A DNA stretch of 64,000 bases, from assembly GCA_964106645.2 (NCBI GenBank), contig OZ067043.1, one strand, 5' to 3'. The DNA is from Podarcis pityusensis (lineage: Eukaryota). The notes under the pieces are model-generated. The model was given only the letters and a program-made list of their open reading frames with translations, did no database searches and was not told the DNA's origin. Shown piece by piece: positions 34,801-47,854 of this stretch. Position 1 is the first letter of the stretch. The number at the start of each line of letters is the position of its first letter. Both the position numbers and the translations under genes were made by a program.

Positions 34801-37800
34801 TTCTTTTATAAAATAGTCCATATTTGTACACTATTAAATAATATTTAAGTAACCAAAGGGCTCTCTGCCTTTTCTTCAGATGCTGATTGAACTTTGATCC
34901 AGCATACTACAGTTATTACTATGTGCAATTTCACTACAGTGTTGCATAATTTATGACCTCTACATAATGTGTATTTGAATTCTATTTTTGGTATTCTTTG
35001 ATATACTATCCTTCAATGCTGTGAAGGAAGCAGGGTTTCGGGGCTTTGTTATTTTTAATCAAAAGCCAAAATTTAATACCAGTAATGCTGACTTTATGAT
35101 TCTTTTTGGGGAGGGTTCTATTTCTGTAGTTCAGAAATGTAAGGCAATCAAATTAAATCATGAGTTACTGTGCTGGATACAAAAAGGATTCTTGTTTTGT
35201 GAGCAGATGATCTTCATGACTCATAGCACTCTAAATCAATTTCTGCAGTGGTCCATAATACACTCTTAGTATGTGGCTTGCTTATGTTCTGACATGGTAA
35301 GTAGTTGAGAGAGAGTTGTGGAGGGATGCAATACAGTACACTAAATTAACACTGCTAGGGGGTTATCAGAAACAGCTTGCTGTAAAGTTATTTACTATAA
35401 GTGCAATGAATAAGACAACTGTGTCTTAACCATTCTGCTATATATTTTGGAAAGTTGTTCATTTGTTTGCTACGCTTTGGAACACCTCTTAACACAGCAT
35501 TTTAAAAAATTGCTGGTTCCCGAGATCAGGGAGCAGGTTTTTCAAATCAAGATAGCAGACTGAACCTTTCAAAATGGTGCTGATTTTGGGATTTCTTAAA
35601 ATTTCCGAGTAACGCCAGGTAGAAGGCTGCTGGTTTCTTATAATGCAAAACATGCCTGTAATAAATAGAGGGTACACTGTGTGTAATTATTTCTGAAAAG
35701 CTGAGGGGAGTGGGAAATTTGTAAAGGATTTCTGCTTTATAACAGTGGAGAAATTTTCAGCAGGGCTTAGAGCTTTAAGAGTTGTATGCGCTTGGGCTGC
35801 ATATCTAGTACCTGCAGGTCATAGCTTCATGGCTGAGTAGAAATTTGTACCTGAGTGTCCTTAATCTTAGGTCCAACATTTTCAACATCACATATTATTA
35901 ACTTTTAAGCATTCTCTGTTTCATTAACATCCTTTGTTGTTAAAATGCAACAATATAAAGCATGGTATTGGTACTAGTTTAAAACCTGTGACATATAATT
36001 TCACTATTGAAACAAAGGTTTTCTCTGTATATAATAGTAATAAATAATCTACCAGGTTAAGCCCAGAGACAAAGTTTTCTCAGGAAGTTGGGAGTGAATT
36101 AAGTGTGCTGCTCATGGTATGTATATACTCATCACACCTTCACATCTGATAAAATTGCTTGGCAGGATTTGGTGTCATTTCTAAGACCTGCAAATCCTGT
36201 TTGACAAGAGGTCAAACTTTTGGATAAAAGTATTTTGTGCTAATCATGAGAAGTGCAACATATATTTCAAAGCACTTTCTTAAAATTACCGTATATTCCA
36301 TCTCTAACCTAAGACTCAGCATATGGCTGCTTCAGAATGCTCCAATGTTTGTGGAGTTGCTTTTTTCGGATCCCTTTTGGGATCAGGGTTGTTGGGTTTT
36401 TTTGTGGCAGAGAATCTACACTGTAGAGATTTCAGTTGCAAATACCTAGAAATGACATAAATAAGTGTGTGCAGAACTTTTCTAATTAAACTGGAAAAAT
36501 AAAGCATTATATACTATTGAATAAAATTCCATTTGCTTTTATTTGGTATATCTGCTGCAAATGGGTAATTTAAGTTAGTATACCTTAACATTTCTTTAAA
36601 AAGGTTTTCTTCTGTGTAACAAGTAGCACAAGAAGAAGTAGGATCTCTGTGCAATTTTATCTTGCCTTTTTGATATATAGCCATTAATAATAACTATTTC
36701 TCTTGTTTTCATAGGCAGTGTTGTGGGTAATTTAGGACATTCATTTTTCAGTCAGAGTTTTCTCGGCAGTAAGGAGCATGGCGGCTTCTTGTATGTTACA
36801 CCTGTGTATCAGTCGCTGCAGGACTTGGTGCTCCCCACTCCACCATATTTATTTGGAATCCTTATCCAGAAATGGGAGACTCCTTGGGCCAAAGTATTTC
36901 CCATCCGACTGATGTTGAGACTTGGAGCTGAATACAGGTGTAAGTCCTATTACTCTTCAGTGTCCTGTTAGATCCCAGCCTTGGTTTCAGAGTGTCATAT
37001 ATACATATTTTACCGTTTTGTTGCTGGTAATCACGTTGCCTTGGATTCAAACTTTTTGCTTTGTGAGCAAAGGGAGTCTTCTGTTCATGGAGCAAAAGGT
37101 TAGGGTCCAAGCTACCATTGTAAGGACATTACTAAATGTGATTCTGTTGGCCAAATTAACCTACATTAAAGTAGTTGCTTGTGCACTTAATGCACAGTAG
37201 GGTATGTTATATGGGAACAGTGTCTGAAGTGGGTTTAAAATGGCTTTCTGTGTGATGCAGGGCTCTGTGGCTCCCTATCAGACATGGGAGCTTGGAGTAA
37301 CTGGTGCAGCCATGGTTTTCAGAGTTGTATTCAGTGGTTCTTTTGTGTGTGCACCACTTTCATAAGTAACTGAAACCTAGGCAAACTTGAAAATTAAAAT
37401 GGTTACAAATACCTAGTACTGAATATAAGCTGTTAAGATCTCCACAACAATCATTTGTTTAAGTCAGTTGGGGTTAGTGTTAGATCACACACAGTGACTT
37501 CTTGTGCTCCCATTTTGGCTCTGTAGTGTACAAATAAAAACATGGAAAGTGTTGCTAGAAAGGCAGAGCATCTTTCCTCGGCACACATCTGTGCTCCAAG
37601 TAGAAATCTGAAGGCCCATCCTGTTATTCTATTCTTACAATTGTCCTTGATCAGACAGGCACCAACATAGGTAGAATGATTCCTTCCTTGTATGTGACTA
37701 TATGTAGACCACTGGCAAAGAGCCACAATGAGGGAGAACTCTGGGTTGGAGCAAGACTTGCTGCTTTGCAAAAAAGGACTCATTCTATTTGCAGAGGGAA

Positions 37801-39698
37801 TCAGAATCCAGTGGGGGTTCTCCACTTGTGAAAGGACCGTGGTTTTTGTTGTGCAAATGGAACTTCTTCCTGTGCAAGTGGAACTTCTCTGAGCATGTCT
37901 GGATACAAGCCATGGTGTTATTTTGATCTTCCTACTGTTGATATTTTTCTAAATTTGATTTTCTAGCTACCAAATGCAAGGTTTTTGGAGTAAACTTCCC
38001 CATAGATATGTTTGACTCTGAGATCTTTTTTCCTACTTTCTTAGTGTACCCGTGCCCACTTTTCAGTGTCAGATTTCGTAAGCCATTGTTTGGAGAGACT
38101 GGACACACAATTATGAATCTTCTTGCAGTAAGTGATGGTTACAAGATTATTTTGCAAATAGAAAAATGTATGTGTCCTGTTCACTCACCTAATTTATATG
38201 CACTGTTATTCTGAAAATATAATAATACGTAGATTTCTTAAATCTAGATATGATGGAGTAGTATTTATTTATTTATTTATTTATTTAACAAATTTATATA
38301 CAGTTTTCAAGCAAAAAATTATTCTCAAAGTGTTTTACAAACTACATACAAAAACGTAAACAAAAAATATAATTTAAAACTGACTAAAACATCCATATGA
38401 TTTCAAAAGAGAACACTAAAGATCCTTTTTTTTTTAACATCTCTGAACTGGACCATCATATAGCTGTAGGCACACTACTGTTAAAAAAAACCACCTAAGC
38501 ATTTCATCTGTACCTTTATACCAAGGAACCGCAGTTTAGTGTCCTGTAATTTTTTTTGTATGCTAGAGAAAGAGCACAGGTGTGCTCTAGGACAGAAAGA
38601 ATACCTTGGAGTGATGCTGATGCCCCATAGCATTTAAGGAGCTTAAACAGGCACCTGTTCTAAATGTGAAGTGTGTTCCAGGAAGGAATATAGCAGAAGT
38701 GGGTGAGTGGGTGGGAATGGGAGATTATCAGGTGCTCCTTTCCTGTTCTTGTTCACCCAAAGGCAATTTCTATTTTCTCACAGCTAAACGTCCCCAGCTT
38801 ACTCTGATACACATTATGTCCCATGAAACTCATTGGTACAATATCAGTTCTTTCTACTTAGTGTTGTTTTCAGAGCCCCTACTGATGGGTTAGGTTGCTC
38901 CTGAAACAAAGTGTATTTTTCAATATTTTAAACAAAATAATGAGTAAAGAATACTGCTTATTGCGAATGGATTTAGTCTTTTTATTGTAATTTTTCAAAG
39001 TTGACCCATAGTTCTTGCGTTGCTGAAACTCAAATGCCAGCAGCAATTGTGATTTTCATTGTTCTGTGTACTGACAGGACTTCAGAAATTACCAGTATAC
39101 ATTGCCAGTTGTCCAAGGCTTAGTGGTTGATATGGAAGTGAGGAAAACCAGCATCAAAATTCCCAGCAACAGATACAATGAGGTATGTAGTGTGAATAAA
39201 TATATAACACACATGTCCTAGAAGCATCACAGTGATTCTTCTATTGATGAAATATTGCATGAACTAGGAGTTACTTGATGGGTGAATAAAACTGGATCGG
39301 TGAGACTGGGTTTCAAATTCTTGCTCAGCAAGCAACTGAGGGAGCAGCTTTGGTTAAGCCATGATAGCTCTTTACCTTGTCTCCCATCTGAAAAATTATC
39401 AATAATGACATACCTTAATATCTCATGTTGATATGGCAGATCAGGTGTAAACTGTCTTGCATGTTCTTCTCCTCCAAAATATTGTATGCCATAAATCATA
39501 TATTTCTTTTGGAGGACTAAAATTTTAATTCAGTGATTGTTAATTTTTTTTTTCAAAGAGCCAAGAAACAGCATTGCAAATAGTTTAATTTGGCCCTATT
39601 CCTGGGGTGGGCACTCTACAGCCATTGGCCTGATTTTATGTGATCGTTGGCAAGCATCGCCTCAGACCCTTGGCAAGAGTGAAGTACCCCCTATGAAA

Positions 39699-39739
<41 letters not shown>

Positions 39740-42700
39740 GAGACAGAGACTACCTTTGGCTCTGGCCTTGGCCACTGCTGACTTTAGCCCCCCCCCTCCC
39801 CCCAGTTATCCCTGAAAGGAGTTCTTTGACAGAAAAAAAAAGTTTGCTTCCATCTGCCCCGTACAGATGTCATTTTTCTTCAGGGTTTGCACCTGTGGAG
39901 ACAGTTCTCACGTTTCCTGGGTGGTGGTCTCATATTATGTGGTAATGGTGAATGTTTTGGTTGCAGATGATGAAAGCCATGAACAAGTCCAATGAGCATG
40001 TTCTAGCAGGTGGGGCATGCTTTAATGACAGGGCAGACTCTCATCTCGTGTGTGTGCAGAATGATGATGGGAACTATCAGACACAGGCCATCAGTATTCA
40101 TAATCAACCGCGGAAGGGTGAGAGTTGCTGACAATGTATTCACCCCCCCATAAACAGTCTGCTGTTTGCATTGTTTTCTTGTTTGTTGTTTTTTGCTTGT
40201 AAGCCCTTTTAATTTTGTAAGTGCATGATGAGCAAAGAGCCCTAGTGCCTGATGGCAGTTATGGCCTGAATGAGAGCCACTAAACTGAGACTGAATCTTG
40301 ATAAAACAAAGGCACTGTTGGTGATGGTTCACAGGTGAGAATTGGGTATACGGCCTATTCTGAACGAAGCTGCAACCCTTCCCGAAGCGACAGATTCATA
40401 AGCTGAGGGTGCTTCTAGAAGCTCACGAGGCTTCAATGGCAAGAGGTGCCTCAGCCCAGCTTCTGCTGGTTCATCATCAGGGCAGCCTAGGTATATGGGC
40501 TGGTAACCTCACGTTTAGACTACTGCAGTGTGCTCTATATGGGCCTGCCCTTGGAGATGCAGTTGGTGAAGAATGTGGCTGCAAAATTCTTGACAGGTTC
40601 ATATGTAAGTGATCTTTGACACTGGCTGCCTGGGCCCAATTTAAGGTGCTGGATTTGGTGTACAAAGCCATATACAGCTTGGGACCTAAGTACTTAAAGG
40701 AACAACTATCCCATTATATGCTGACGTTATTCTTTTAGATATGTTAGAGATGTCCTGCTTGCAGTTTCATGAACAACTGCAGCTGGTTGTATGCTAACAG
40801 TGAGCAGGGCCTTGATGGCACACTGGGTGGGGAATTCCTTCCCATAGGAGATACAGTTGTTGCTCTCATAAACAGTTTTTCCTCTCGTTAACAGTTGTCT
40901 GGTAAGAGATTTTTTCATTCAGGCCTATGGAGATGTCTGATTTAAAGAAGTTGCTTCTCTGCTGCTGGATTACTATTCTGCAATCTCCATGGTTTTAATG
41001 TCATAGCTGTAATTTTGAACCTTAATAAAATGTGTTATACTGCCCTGAGAAATTCTGGGTTATAATTAATTTTAATATTAGTATTAATATTAATTGGAGC
41101 ACTTTGTGCAAGCACATTGAATACTATGCAGCTTTTCACTGCTTGTTTCCATTTGCCTCTCCATTTTAAAAGTCAATTTTTCATCTTTCTTATGCTACAC
41201 ACCATGGTGGGATTCATCAGCTATACTGTGATTTCAGATCCTGGCTTCTTTGTACTATCACAGCTTCTGAACTCAGGAGATAAAGGGAAACATGAATGCT
41301 TTCAGTCTCCTCTTCACGTGTGTGGAGGAGGAATGGTATACATAGCTGGGATAGCTCAGTCAGTAGAGCATGAGACACTTAATCTTGGGGTTGTGGGATC
41401 GAGCTGCACTTTGGGCAAAAGATTCCTGCATTGCAGGGGGTTGGACTAGATGACCCTCATGGTCCCTTCCAACTCTACAATTCTGTGATTTGGTGACAGT
41501 GTGAAGCTTTTTGTGGCTTGATCTTCTCCTGCTAAACAATGCTTTAGTGTTGCATCTGAAACAGGCCAATTAATTTGCTTTCCTTTCTGAACCTTTCTCA
41601 GCCAGTAATGATTAGCATTTATTTGGCTGAACTTTACATTCTACATATATATGAATGCAGCACTCACAACTGAATTGTCTTTTCATAACTATAGGAGATC
41701 CCCTTTGCAGAGATACATATTCCTAGTTCACAATTCTGGTGCTAAAGTCAAGTAATGATCATCCTGTCACCACTTATGTTAACAGACGGGTGGTAGATTC
41801 TATACCAGCTTCCAAACAGCCTTTGAAGGCAGCTCCATGTAAACATCCTTGCAATAATTCAATTTATGAAGCTTGAAAGATCGTGCCAAAGCTTTTGTTC
41901 CAGCTGCTTAAACCAGACGCAGCTGATACCGAGCATGGGGGTCCACTGTGGCTGCTTAGATTCTACTTTGCTCCTGAAGTCCTAAGAATACCCACAGATC
42001 TCCTTTTTGAAGGAGAGCAAATAACCATTTAAGCTTTTTGACTGGCCAGTTGTATGAAATACGTTTTCTGGAGGGAATTCTATATAAGACTGTGAGTAAT
42101 CTTGAACACTGCAACGGGGTGAGCTCTCGTTGTTCGGTCCCAGCTTCTGCCCACCTAGCAGTTCGAAAGCACGTCAAAGTGCAAGTAGGTAAATGGGTAC
42201 CGCTCTGGCGGGAAGGTAAATGGCGTTTCCGTGCGCTGCTCTGGTTCACCAGAAGCGGCTTAGTCATGCTGGCCACATGACCCGGAAGCTGTCTGTGGAC
42301 AAATGCCAGCTCCCTCGGCCTATAGAGCGAGATGAGCATACAACCCCAGAGGAGTCCGCAACTGGACCTAATGGTCAGGGGTACCTTTACCTTTAATCTT
42401 GAACTGGCTGAAAGATGCTGGAAGTAAAATCGCCTTTCACCCACAGCTAGTTGGATTCTGGGCATTGCACTGATTCTGCCTCTGGTTGATTTTTTTAAAA
42501 AAGTTCTATGAATTGCTCACATTATAAAATATCAGAGTGGCGCACAGAGACCTTGTATACTATTTCTTTGCCATTATCTAATGCTTAAATTTTAGTAAGT
42601 AAAGAGGTTTTCATGAAGACAGCACACACCTCTTGATTCTTCAAGGAAAGTCCCCTTGCAGAATCTGTTTGGAACTACTCATTACTCAGGTCCATGCTGA

Positions 42701-45700
42701 AGTAGTAATTTTCCCAGGACGTCAAATTTTAAAGCTCTAGGATTACTTTTAGTGATCAGGTGGAAAATGTGGGTTTCTTTTTAATACTTGGACTTACCAA
42801 AGTGTTTTACTTGGCTTAGAAAACGCTATTGAAAGGCGCTTTCCTCCATCATTCAATATTGGTAGTTGCATACATTTGTTTTACATGGGCTTTGTTTGGA
42901 TTATTGGCTGCTTTGTTGCTGATCTAATTCTGAAACATGGCTCTTATATACAGTGTCTTAATTTTAGAATTACTAACACATTACCTTGGGTTTTTTTTAC
43001 ATTTTAATATAATTATATTTCTCATGTTTTTTATCTTACATAGTTTTTAACTCTACATGTAATATCTAATATATTTTATTGTGTTTTGTGTGTTTTCTTT
43101 TTATCTTCTCTACTGGTCATTGACTTAAACAAACAATATGAATCTTATTCATGTCTCCCATTTGTTGCAGTGACTGGAGCTAGCTTCTTTGTGTTCAGTG
43201 GAGCTCTAAAGTCTTCTTCAGGCTATCTGGCAAAGTCCAGCATTGTAGAAGGTAAATTTTGAGTCACCTTTCACCATGTACACCAGTTTCTTCTTGGTTA
43301 AATGTAGCAGTGCTTTGGTGGTAGTTAGAACTTAACCTTGTTTACAAAACGTATTGCTATTTTTAAACTAAGTACTGTGTTCTTAGAATCTTAGAGCAAG
43401 AGACAAGCTTAAATAAACAAAAAAGAGGATGTACTTACTCCTGTGCTTAAAGTACCAGGCGGTGGTGGAAAACTGAATGTGGATAATGTGCTCTTTTTTT
43501 TAAGGCGTGACAATTTCTGTCTGTGAAGATTTTAACACTAGAACAGGAATATAGATGATAGATAAGTAGTAGTTACGAAAAAGGCTCTTTAAAATTAATT
43601 TGTACTCTTGCTGTCAATACCAATTATATTGTGTATATATAATTTCTGTAAACTGCTTTTGATTTTTTTTTAATGAAATGGCAATATAGAAGTATTTTAA
43701 AACAAATAAATAATGAAATAAACACCTGATGTTTCAGTTTAGGCTAATTTTGTATAATGTGCTGCGGAATGTAGCACACAGAGTACATCCTGGAATGTTT
43801 TCTTCTGGAGGGTGTGTGTGTTGGAGATTGGGATTGTGCTGTCCTATCCAGGCTTTTGATTCCATTTTTATACCAAGGCCTAATCCATATAATTTTATGC
43901 CTTGATTTTTGTAGTGTGTGAATTGTGTGGGCTGCACTGTTTACATATAGACCCCTAGGCAAATCTGAAATCCAGGGCTCAGGATTCCACCCACCTCCTA
44001 TTAGCAAGTGTATGTTCAAAAGTTTGGTTTAGGACTTTGATATTTGCAGCATGAATCCACTGTACATTTGTTCTCTGGTTAAGAATACAGCTGTGGGCTG
44101 TTGTCCTGATTGTGTCTTGTCCTACCTAGATGGAGTCATGGTCCAGATAACGGCTGAAAATATGGACTCCCTGAGGCAGGCTCTGAGGGAGATGAAAGAC
44201 TTCACTATTGCCTGTGGTAAAGTGGATGCTGAAGAGCCTCAAGAACATGTGCACATTCAGTGGGTGGATGATGACAAAAACTTCAACAAGGGGTAAATAT
44301 AGGAGTATTTTCTTGATATTAAATGAGCTTGTTTGGTTTTATATGCTTTCTTGGTAAGGAAAAGATGGCACATTCATCTGCCTGTTTGCATGGAGTGCAT
44401 GTTCATATTCCAGGAGGTGATATTCTTAAGGGGTATGAACTAGCACCTTCAAATTAATTAGCAGAGGGTGTTAGCTGATCTGACTCCCCAGAGGTGTTTT
44501 TTATTTTAAAAAAGCCTGATGCTAAGGCCAGATGTCTCACGAATTAATTTATCATATGTATATCTTGCTCTACAGCATCACCTGAACACTTGTTAATGTT
44601 ATAGGAACCAAGCTACCCCTTAAAACTTGCATGAAAGATTAAAGTATGTACTACATGAGTATCTTTGGTATTTGAAATTTGTGTATGCACCATCTTTTGA
44701 GATGAATGCACAGGCATTGTGTCGACACACTGAGGGAAATCGCAGCAGCTGGTGCTTTCTGTCAGCATGTGTGTGAGTGTGCAAGGAGGAGACATATCCT
44801 TTGTTGTCTTAAAATAATTGCTGTAAAGAAATTGATAAGGTATGTTGAACCACTGACGTAAGATATGTGCACGGGATGTTAACAGCTCTAACTGCATTTT
44901 ATGCTTCCACATGTGGTGGCAATTACTTTTCAGTTGCAGGGGTTAACACACTGTTTGTTGTGTTAACTGTGTTACAGTTATTATGCTTCCCTAGAATGTC
45001 TTCATGCTTTTCTGTTTAATGCAGTAGTAGAATGTGCTACATTCCCCTGCTGCAGGGACATTACTTCAAAGAGGCATTTACCTCTGATATGTATTCAGGA
45101 TGCTGCCGTTGTAGTAGTATTCCAGATGACTTCCTGGGGTGTTCTGTGGTTTCACACAGACAATTATTTTTGTAGGTTGATGGGAGCAGCTTCCTGTTTA
45201 CCTTTACAGTGGCATTAGCCTTAATCTTGCTTCAGTAGCTTGATGATTACCAAAACGAAAAAGGGAAGAGTTTTGCTACCGTGTGAAAAAGACTTCTGCA
45301 TTAAAACAAACACCAAATGTTTACACTAAATAGTGGGGAACCTTAGATCTGGGGGCAGAATATAGCCCTCCAGACCCCTTGTATCATCCTCCCACCCCAC
45401 CATCCCTGCTCCATGTATTCCTTGAGTGTTTCTGTCTGGCTGGAATGTGTCCTTGAATTGTTATGACTTTCGTTTGCCTGCATTGAGAGATGTTGAGGGG
45501 AAAGGGTGTAGAAACCTCTCACATTTGTGCAGTAAGTTACATTCCAGTTGCTCATAAAGGTAAGACTCATCTCCTGCCCCACCCACCACTGACACGCGTC
45601 TCATGAGAAAATGCAATTGTCTGGTTGGAAAAAGTTCTGTGCCCTTGCAGCCATACATTGTCCAAAGTGTTGAAATGTTAGGGTATTGGTATGGGGACAA

Positions 45701-47803
45701 AGACAGCTTTGAACTGTGTTTTTCTTTTTAAAAGGTTTCATAAGTATTCAGATGGTTATCTATTTACTGTATAGAGATGGAACCTTAGAAGTAATTTAGT
45801 CCAACTCCCTGATTAATACAAAAGGGCCATGGCAGCATCCCTGCCAGTACACCATTAAACTCTGCTTCAGTACCATACACATGCTTTGCAACTGTACCGA
45901 TCACATTTCTGGCTTTGACTTTTCTGTGGTACAACTGGAAGCACCGTTAACATGTGCAAAATTGATTTGACCAGAAATGGTGGTAACAAAAAAGCTGTAT
46001 ACGGAAGGCTCTCTCATACTACTTTGTGTGTCTGCACACAGTCCGTTTAACTGCTTGTGGTGTTCTATTGCAATTTCCCCAACGTATATGAAATTGTCTT
46101 GATGAAGGGACTTATTTTTCTGCATAGTCTTCTGATCTGGGTCTGTATTCTTAAATTCTGCTAACAAAAGTTTCTTACTTCCTCCTTTCTAGTGTTGTAA
46201 GTCCCATTGATGGAAAATCAATGGAGTCCATCACAAGCGTGAAAATATTCCATGGCTCAGAGTATAAAGCAAATGGGAAGGTCATTAGGTGGACAGAGGT
46301 GAGGAAGCAAAACTGTTTTTGTATGTTAATGCAGAAGTATTGCTTGCTTTGGGGTGGGGGGAAAGCCATGTTAGCCCTCACCAAATACTCTGGTTGAATA
46401 CAAATGTGTTCCTTTTTATATAGCCCAGGCTGAGACTCTCATTGTGTGGGTTCTACTATACAGGTCCTTGAATATAGCCTTGGCACTTAGCTCTGAAGGA
46501 TATAGTACACTACTGTATAGAAGGTATCCTAGAAAAGACTCTTGATACATTTATTGGCAGTCCATCTACCCTAATTATTCTGGCTATTTCTTTCATACTG
46601 ATGGGATGAGCAGAAACCTGAGGCTGAGTTTTTATTTGTTAAAATGTAACAAACTTCTAGATCTAATTATCAAGGAGATCTTAAATACTCCACAGAGATA
46701 AAATTCACAGTGATATAAGGGCATCTGCCCACCACCATGTCCTATTGGAAAATGCCCAAATGTTTTCTTCATTGATTTGATGCCCTTCTAGGTCTAACTA
46801 CTTTCCCTCAATTGCCAAAATCCCTGCCATTAATTGGAGTAGAAGCTTGCCCTCGTCACAGTGATCTTGAGTTACAAGAATAGGACGTTATGGTACAGAA
46901 ATTTAGAGACTGGGAAAATTGTTTTCTTCAGGTTTTCTTTCTGGAAAATGATGACCAACACAATGGCCTAAGTGACCCTGCTGACCACAGCAGGCTGACT
47001 GAGAATGTGGCCAAGGCTTTCTGCCTGGCCTTGTGCCCTCACCTGAAGCTTTTGAAGGAAGACGGGATGACCAAGCTGGGTTTACGTGTTACGCTTGATG
47101 CTGATCAAGTAAGTGAACACATCTTGTGGGGAAAATTCTCTCCACATCTTTGGCGTTGGTAATTAAATAAGCTGGAACCTATTTTGGGGGTGGGGGAGAT
47201 ATGCTTTTTTACAGAATTGCTGCGAGCCTAATGTGAAAACATGCAGATTGAGGTTACTGTACTATTCATTCCTTGAAAATGATTCTTCTTATTCAGTTGT
47301 TAGGTGACACAAGCTCTTCCTGGACCTCACTTCCACTTTTTGAGTTGGAAAGGACCTCCTTTTGCACTTGTTTTTATGTCTGTTGTATTTCAGAAAGCTG
47401 AAAAAAGCCTCTTTTAAACTTCTGAGGGTGATTATTTGAAAAACTCCAAGTTGAAGCCTATTGTGGATTATGTTTCATGTAATCTTGAAGGGTTGCTTCA
47501 AGATCACAGGGTGGGCCTGCTTACCTGCATTCTTCCATGGATAAATTTTTATTAGGCGAGAACCTCTTCCGTCATGCTAAGGGATTGCTTTAGTCTCTAG
47601 TTTCAAAACAAAATAATATTTTCTCTTTACTTACTTTTTAGGTTGGCTACCAGGCTGGGAGCAATGGGCAGCCACTGCCTGCTCAGTACATGAATGACCT
47701 GGACAGTGCCTTAGTTCCAGTGATTCATGGAGGGGCATGCCAGCTGAGTGAGGGCCCAGTCATAATGGAGCTTATTTTTTATATTCTGGAAAACATCTCA
47801 TAA
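16767..47803 (+). CDS. ZFYVE9: Zinc finger FYVE domain-containing protein 9 (SARA, Smad anchor for receptor activation); 17 coding exons, 1416 aa
   Basis: join(16767..16836,21389..23466,26922..27021,29377..29553,30862..31031,31239..31362,33174..33296,34549..34704,36715..36939,38045..38127,39078..39182,39967..40117,43171..43251,44130..44292,46193..46298,46932..47108,47642..47803) = 4251 nt, all introns GT-AG, phases consistent. Starts [23 protein letters not shown] and ends [11 protein letters not shown]. Confidence 0.97.
20915..20990 (+). mobile_element. POM/Squam2-type SINE 3' fragment
   Basis: GGGGGTTGGACTAGATGGCTCTCGTGGTTCCTTCCAACTC matches the 41344 copy. Confidence 0.7.
21011..21281. 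mobile_element. TA-flanked Tc1/mariner-type MITE
   Basis: TIRs GCGTATTGACCCGAATATAAGCC / GGCTTATATTCAGGCCAATACAG. Confidence 0.75.
21389..23466 (+). CDS. ZFYVE9: ZFYVE9 exon 4 (2078 nt; disordered N-terminal region and first half of FYVE finger)
   Basis: ORF 21409..23502. [13 protein letters not shown]...[10 protein letters not shown]. Confidence 0.97.
26922..27021 (+). CDS. ZFYVE9: ZFYVE9 exon 5 (FYVE finger, second half)
   Basis: [33 protein letters not shown]. Confidence 0.96.
27910..28086 (-). mobile_element. tRNA-derived SINE, degenerate
   Basis: Reverse strand reads GGGCTTAGCTCAGTGGTAAAGCATCTG...GAAGGTTCCAGGTTCGG (A/B boxes). Related pieces at ~5975-6095 and ~56135-56230. Confidence 0.6.
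29377..29553 (+). CDS. ZFYVE9: ZFYVE9 exon 6 (Smad-binding domain)
   Basis: [41 protein letters not shown]. Confidence 0.96.
29600..29870 (+). mobile_element. L2 LINE RT fragment
   Basis: Translates to [19 protein letters not shown]...[19 protein letters not shown]...[14 protein letters not shown] with an in-frame stop. Confidence 0.8.
30862..31031 (+). CDS. ZFYVE9: ZFYVE9 exon 7 (PP1-binding RVxF motif)
   Basis: [20 protein letters not shown]. Confidence 0.95.
31239..31362 (+). CDS. ZFYVE9: ZFYVE9 exon 8
   Basis: [41 protein letters not shown]. Confidence 0.94.
32926..32998. repeat. Perfect 33-bp inverted repeat with 7-nt loop
   Basis: ATCTGAAAAATGCATGCTATCAGTAATACCTAC-AACAACA-GTAGGTATTACTGATAGCATGCATTTTTCAGAT. 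Confidence 0.95.
33174..33296 (+). CDS. ZFYVE9: ZFYVE9 exon 9
   Basis: [40 protein letters not shown]. Confidence 0.95.
34238..34497. mobile_element. CpG-rich Tigger/pogo-like MITE
   Basis: TA|CCGTGGTACCTCG ... AGGTATGACTG. Same terminal type as the 15626 element. Confidence 0.7.
34549..34704 (+). CDS. ZFYVE9: ZFYVE9 exon 10
   Basis: [32 protein letters not shown]. Confidence 0.95.
36715..36939 (+). CDS. ZFYVE9: ZFYVE9 exon 11
   Basis: HGGFLYV...[22 protein letters not shown]. Confidence 0.95.
38045..38127 (+). CDS. ZFYVE9: ZFYVE9 exon 12
   Basis: [27 protein letters not shown]. Confidence 0.95.
39078..39182 (+). CDS. ZFYVE9: ZFYVE9 exon 13
   Basis: [35 protein letters not shown]. Confidence 0.95.
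39700..39750. repeat. (GACA)n/(GA)n microsatellite
   Basis: Direct reading. Confidence 0.85.
39967..40117 (+). CDS. ZFYVE9: ZFYVE9 exon 14
   Basis: [50 protein letters not shown]. Confidence 0.95.
40240..41075 (+). mobile_element. Degenerate L2 LINE 3' fragment
   Basis: L2-like remnants (AAACTGAGACTGAATCTTGATAAAACA, TTAGACTACTGCAGTGTGCTCTATATGGGCCTGCCCTTG, CAATTTAAGGTGCTG). Confidence 0.7.
41344..41490 (+). mobile_element. POM/Squam2-type SINE (tRNA-Lys-like head, CR1-like tail)
   Basis: GATAGCTCAGTCAGTAGAGCATGAGAC...GTGGGATCGAG head and GGTCCCTTCCAACTCTACAATTCTGTGATT tail. Confidence 0.85.
42108..42393 (+). mobile_element. Sauria SINE (Squam1), 5'-truncated, 11-bp TSD
   Basis: CCTAGCAGTTCGAAAGCACGTCAAAGTGCAAGTAG...ACCTTTACCTT tail. 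TAATCTTGAAC at 42097-42107 and 42394-42404. Confidence 0.92.
43171..43251 (+). CDS. ZFYVE9: ZFYVE9 exon 15
   Basis: [26 protein letters not shown]. Confidence 0.95.
44130..44292 (+). CDS. ZFYVE9: ZFYVE9 exon 16
   Basis: [30 protein letters not shown]. Confidence 0.95.
46193..46298 (+). CDS. ZFYVE9: ZFYVE9 exon 17
   Basis: [35 protein letters not shown]. Confidence 0.95.
46932..47108 (+). CDS. ZFYVE9: ZFYVE9 exon 18
   Basis: [59 protein letters not shown]. Confidence 0.95.
47642..47803 (+). CDS. ZFYVE9: ZFYVE9 exon 19, coding part (3' UTR probably extends to ~50010)
   Basis: [53 protein letters not shown]. Confidence 0.95.
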   Translation, partial: VGYQAGSNGQPLPAQYMNDLDSALVPVIHGGACQLSEGPVIMELIFYILENIS

Positions 47804-47854
47804 GGACTTCATTTTCTGTTCAGACCTGTTCCAGCAGCAGCTGTATCTGAATCA

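Noticed and set aside
41344-41416. tRNA-Lys-like sequence
   Set aside because: Degenerate stems running directly into a CR1-like SINE tail, with related copies elsewhere in the window.
41956-42465. 169-aa minus-strand ORF
   Set aside because: Mostly antisense Sauria SINE sequence.
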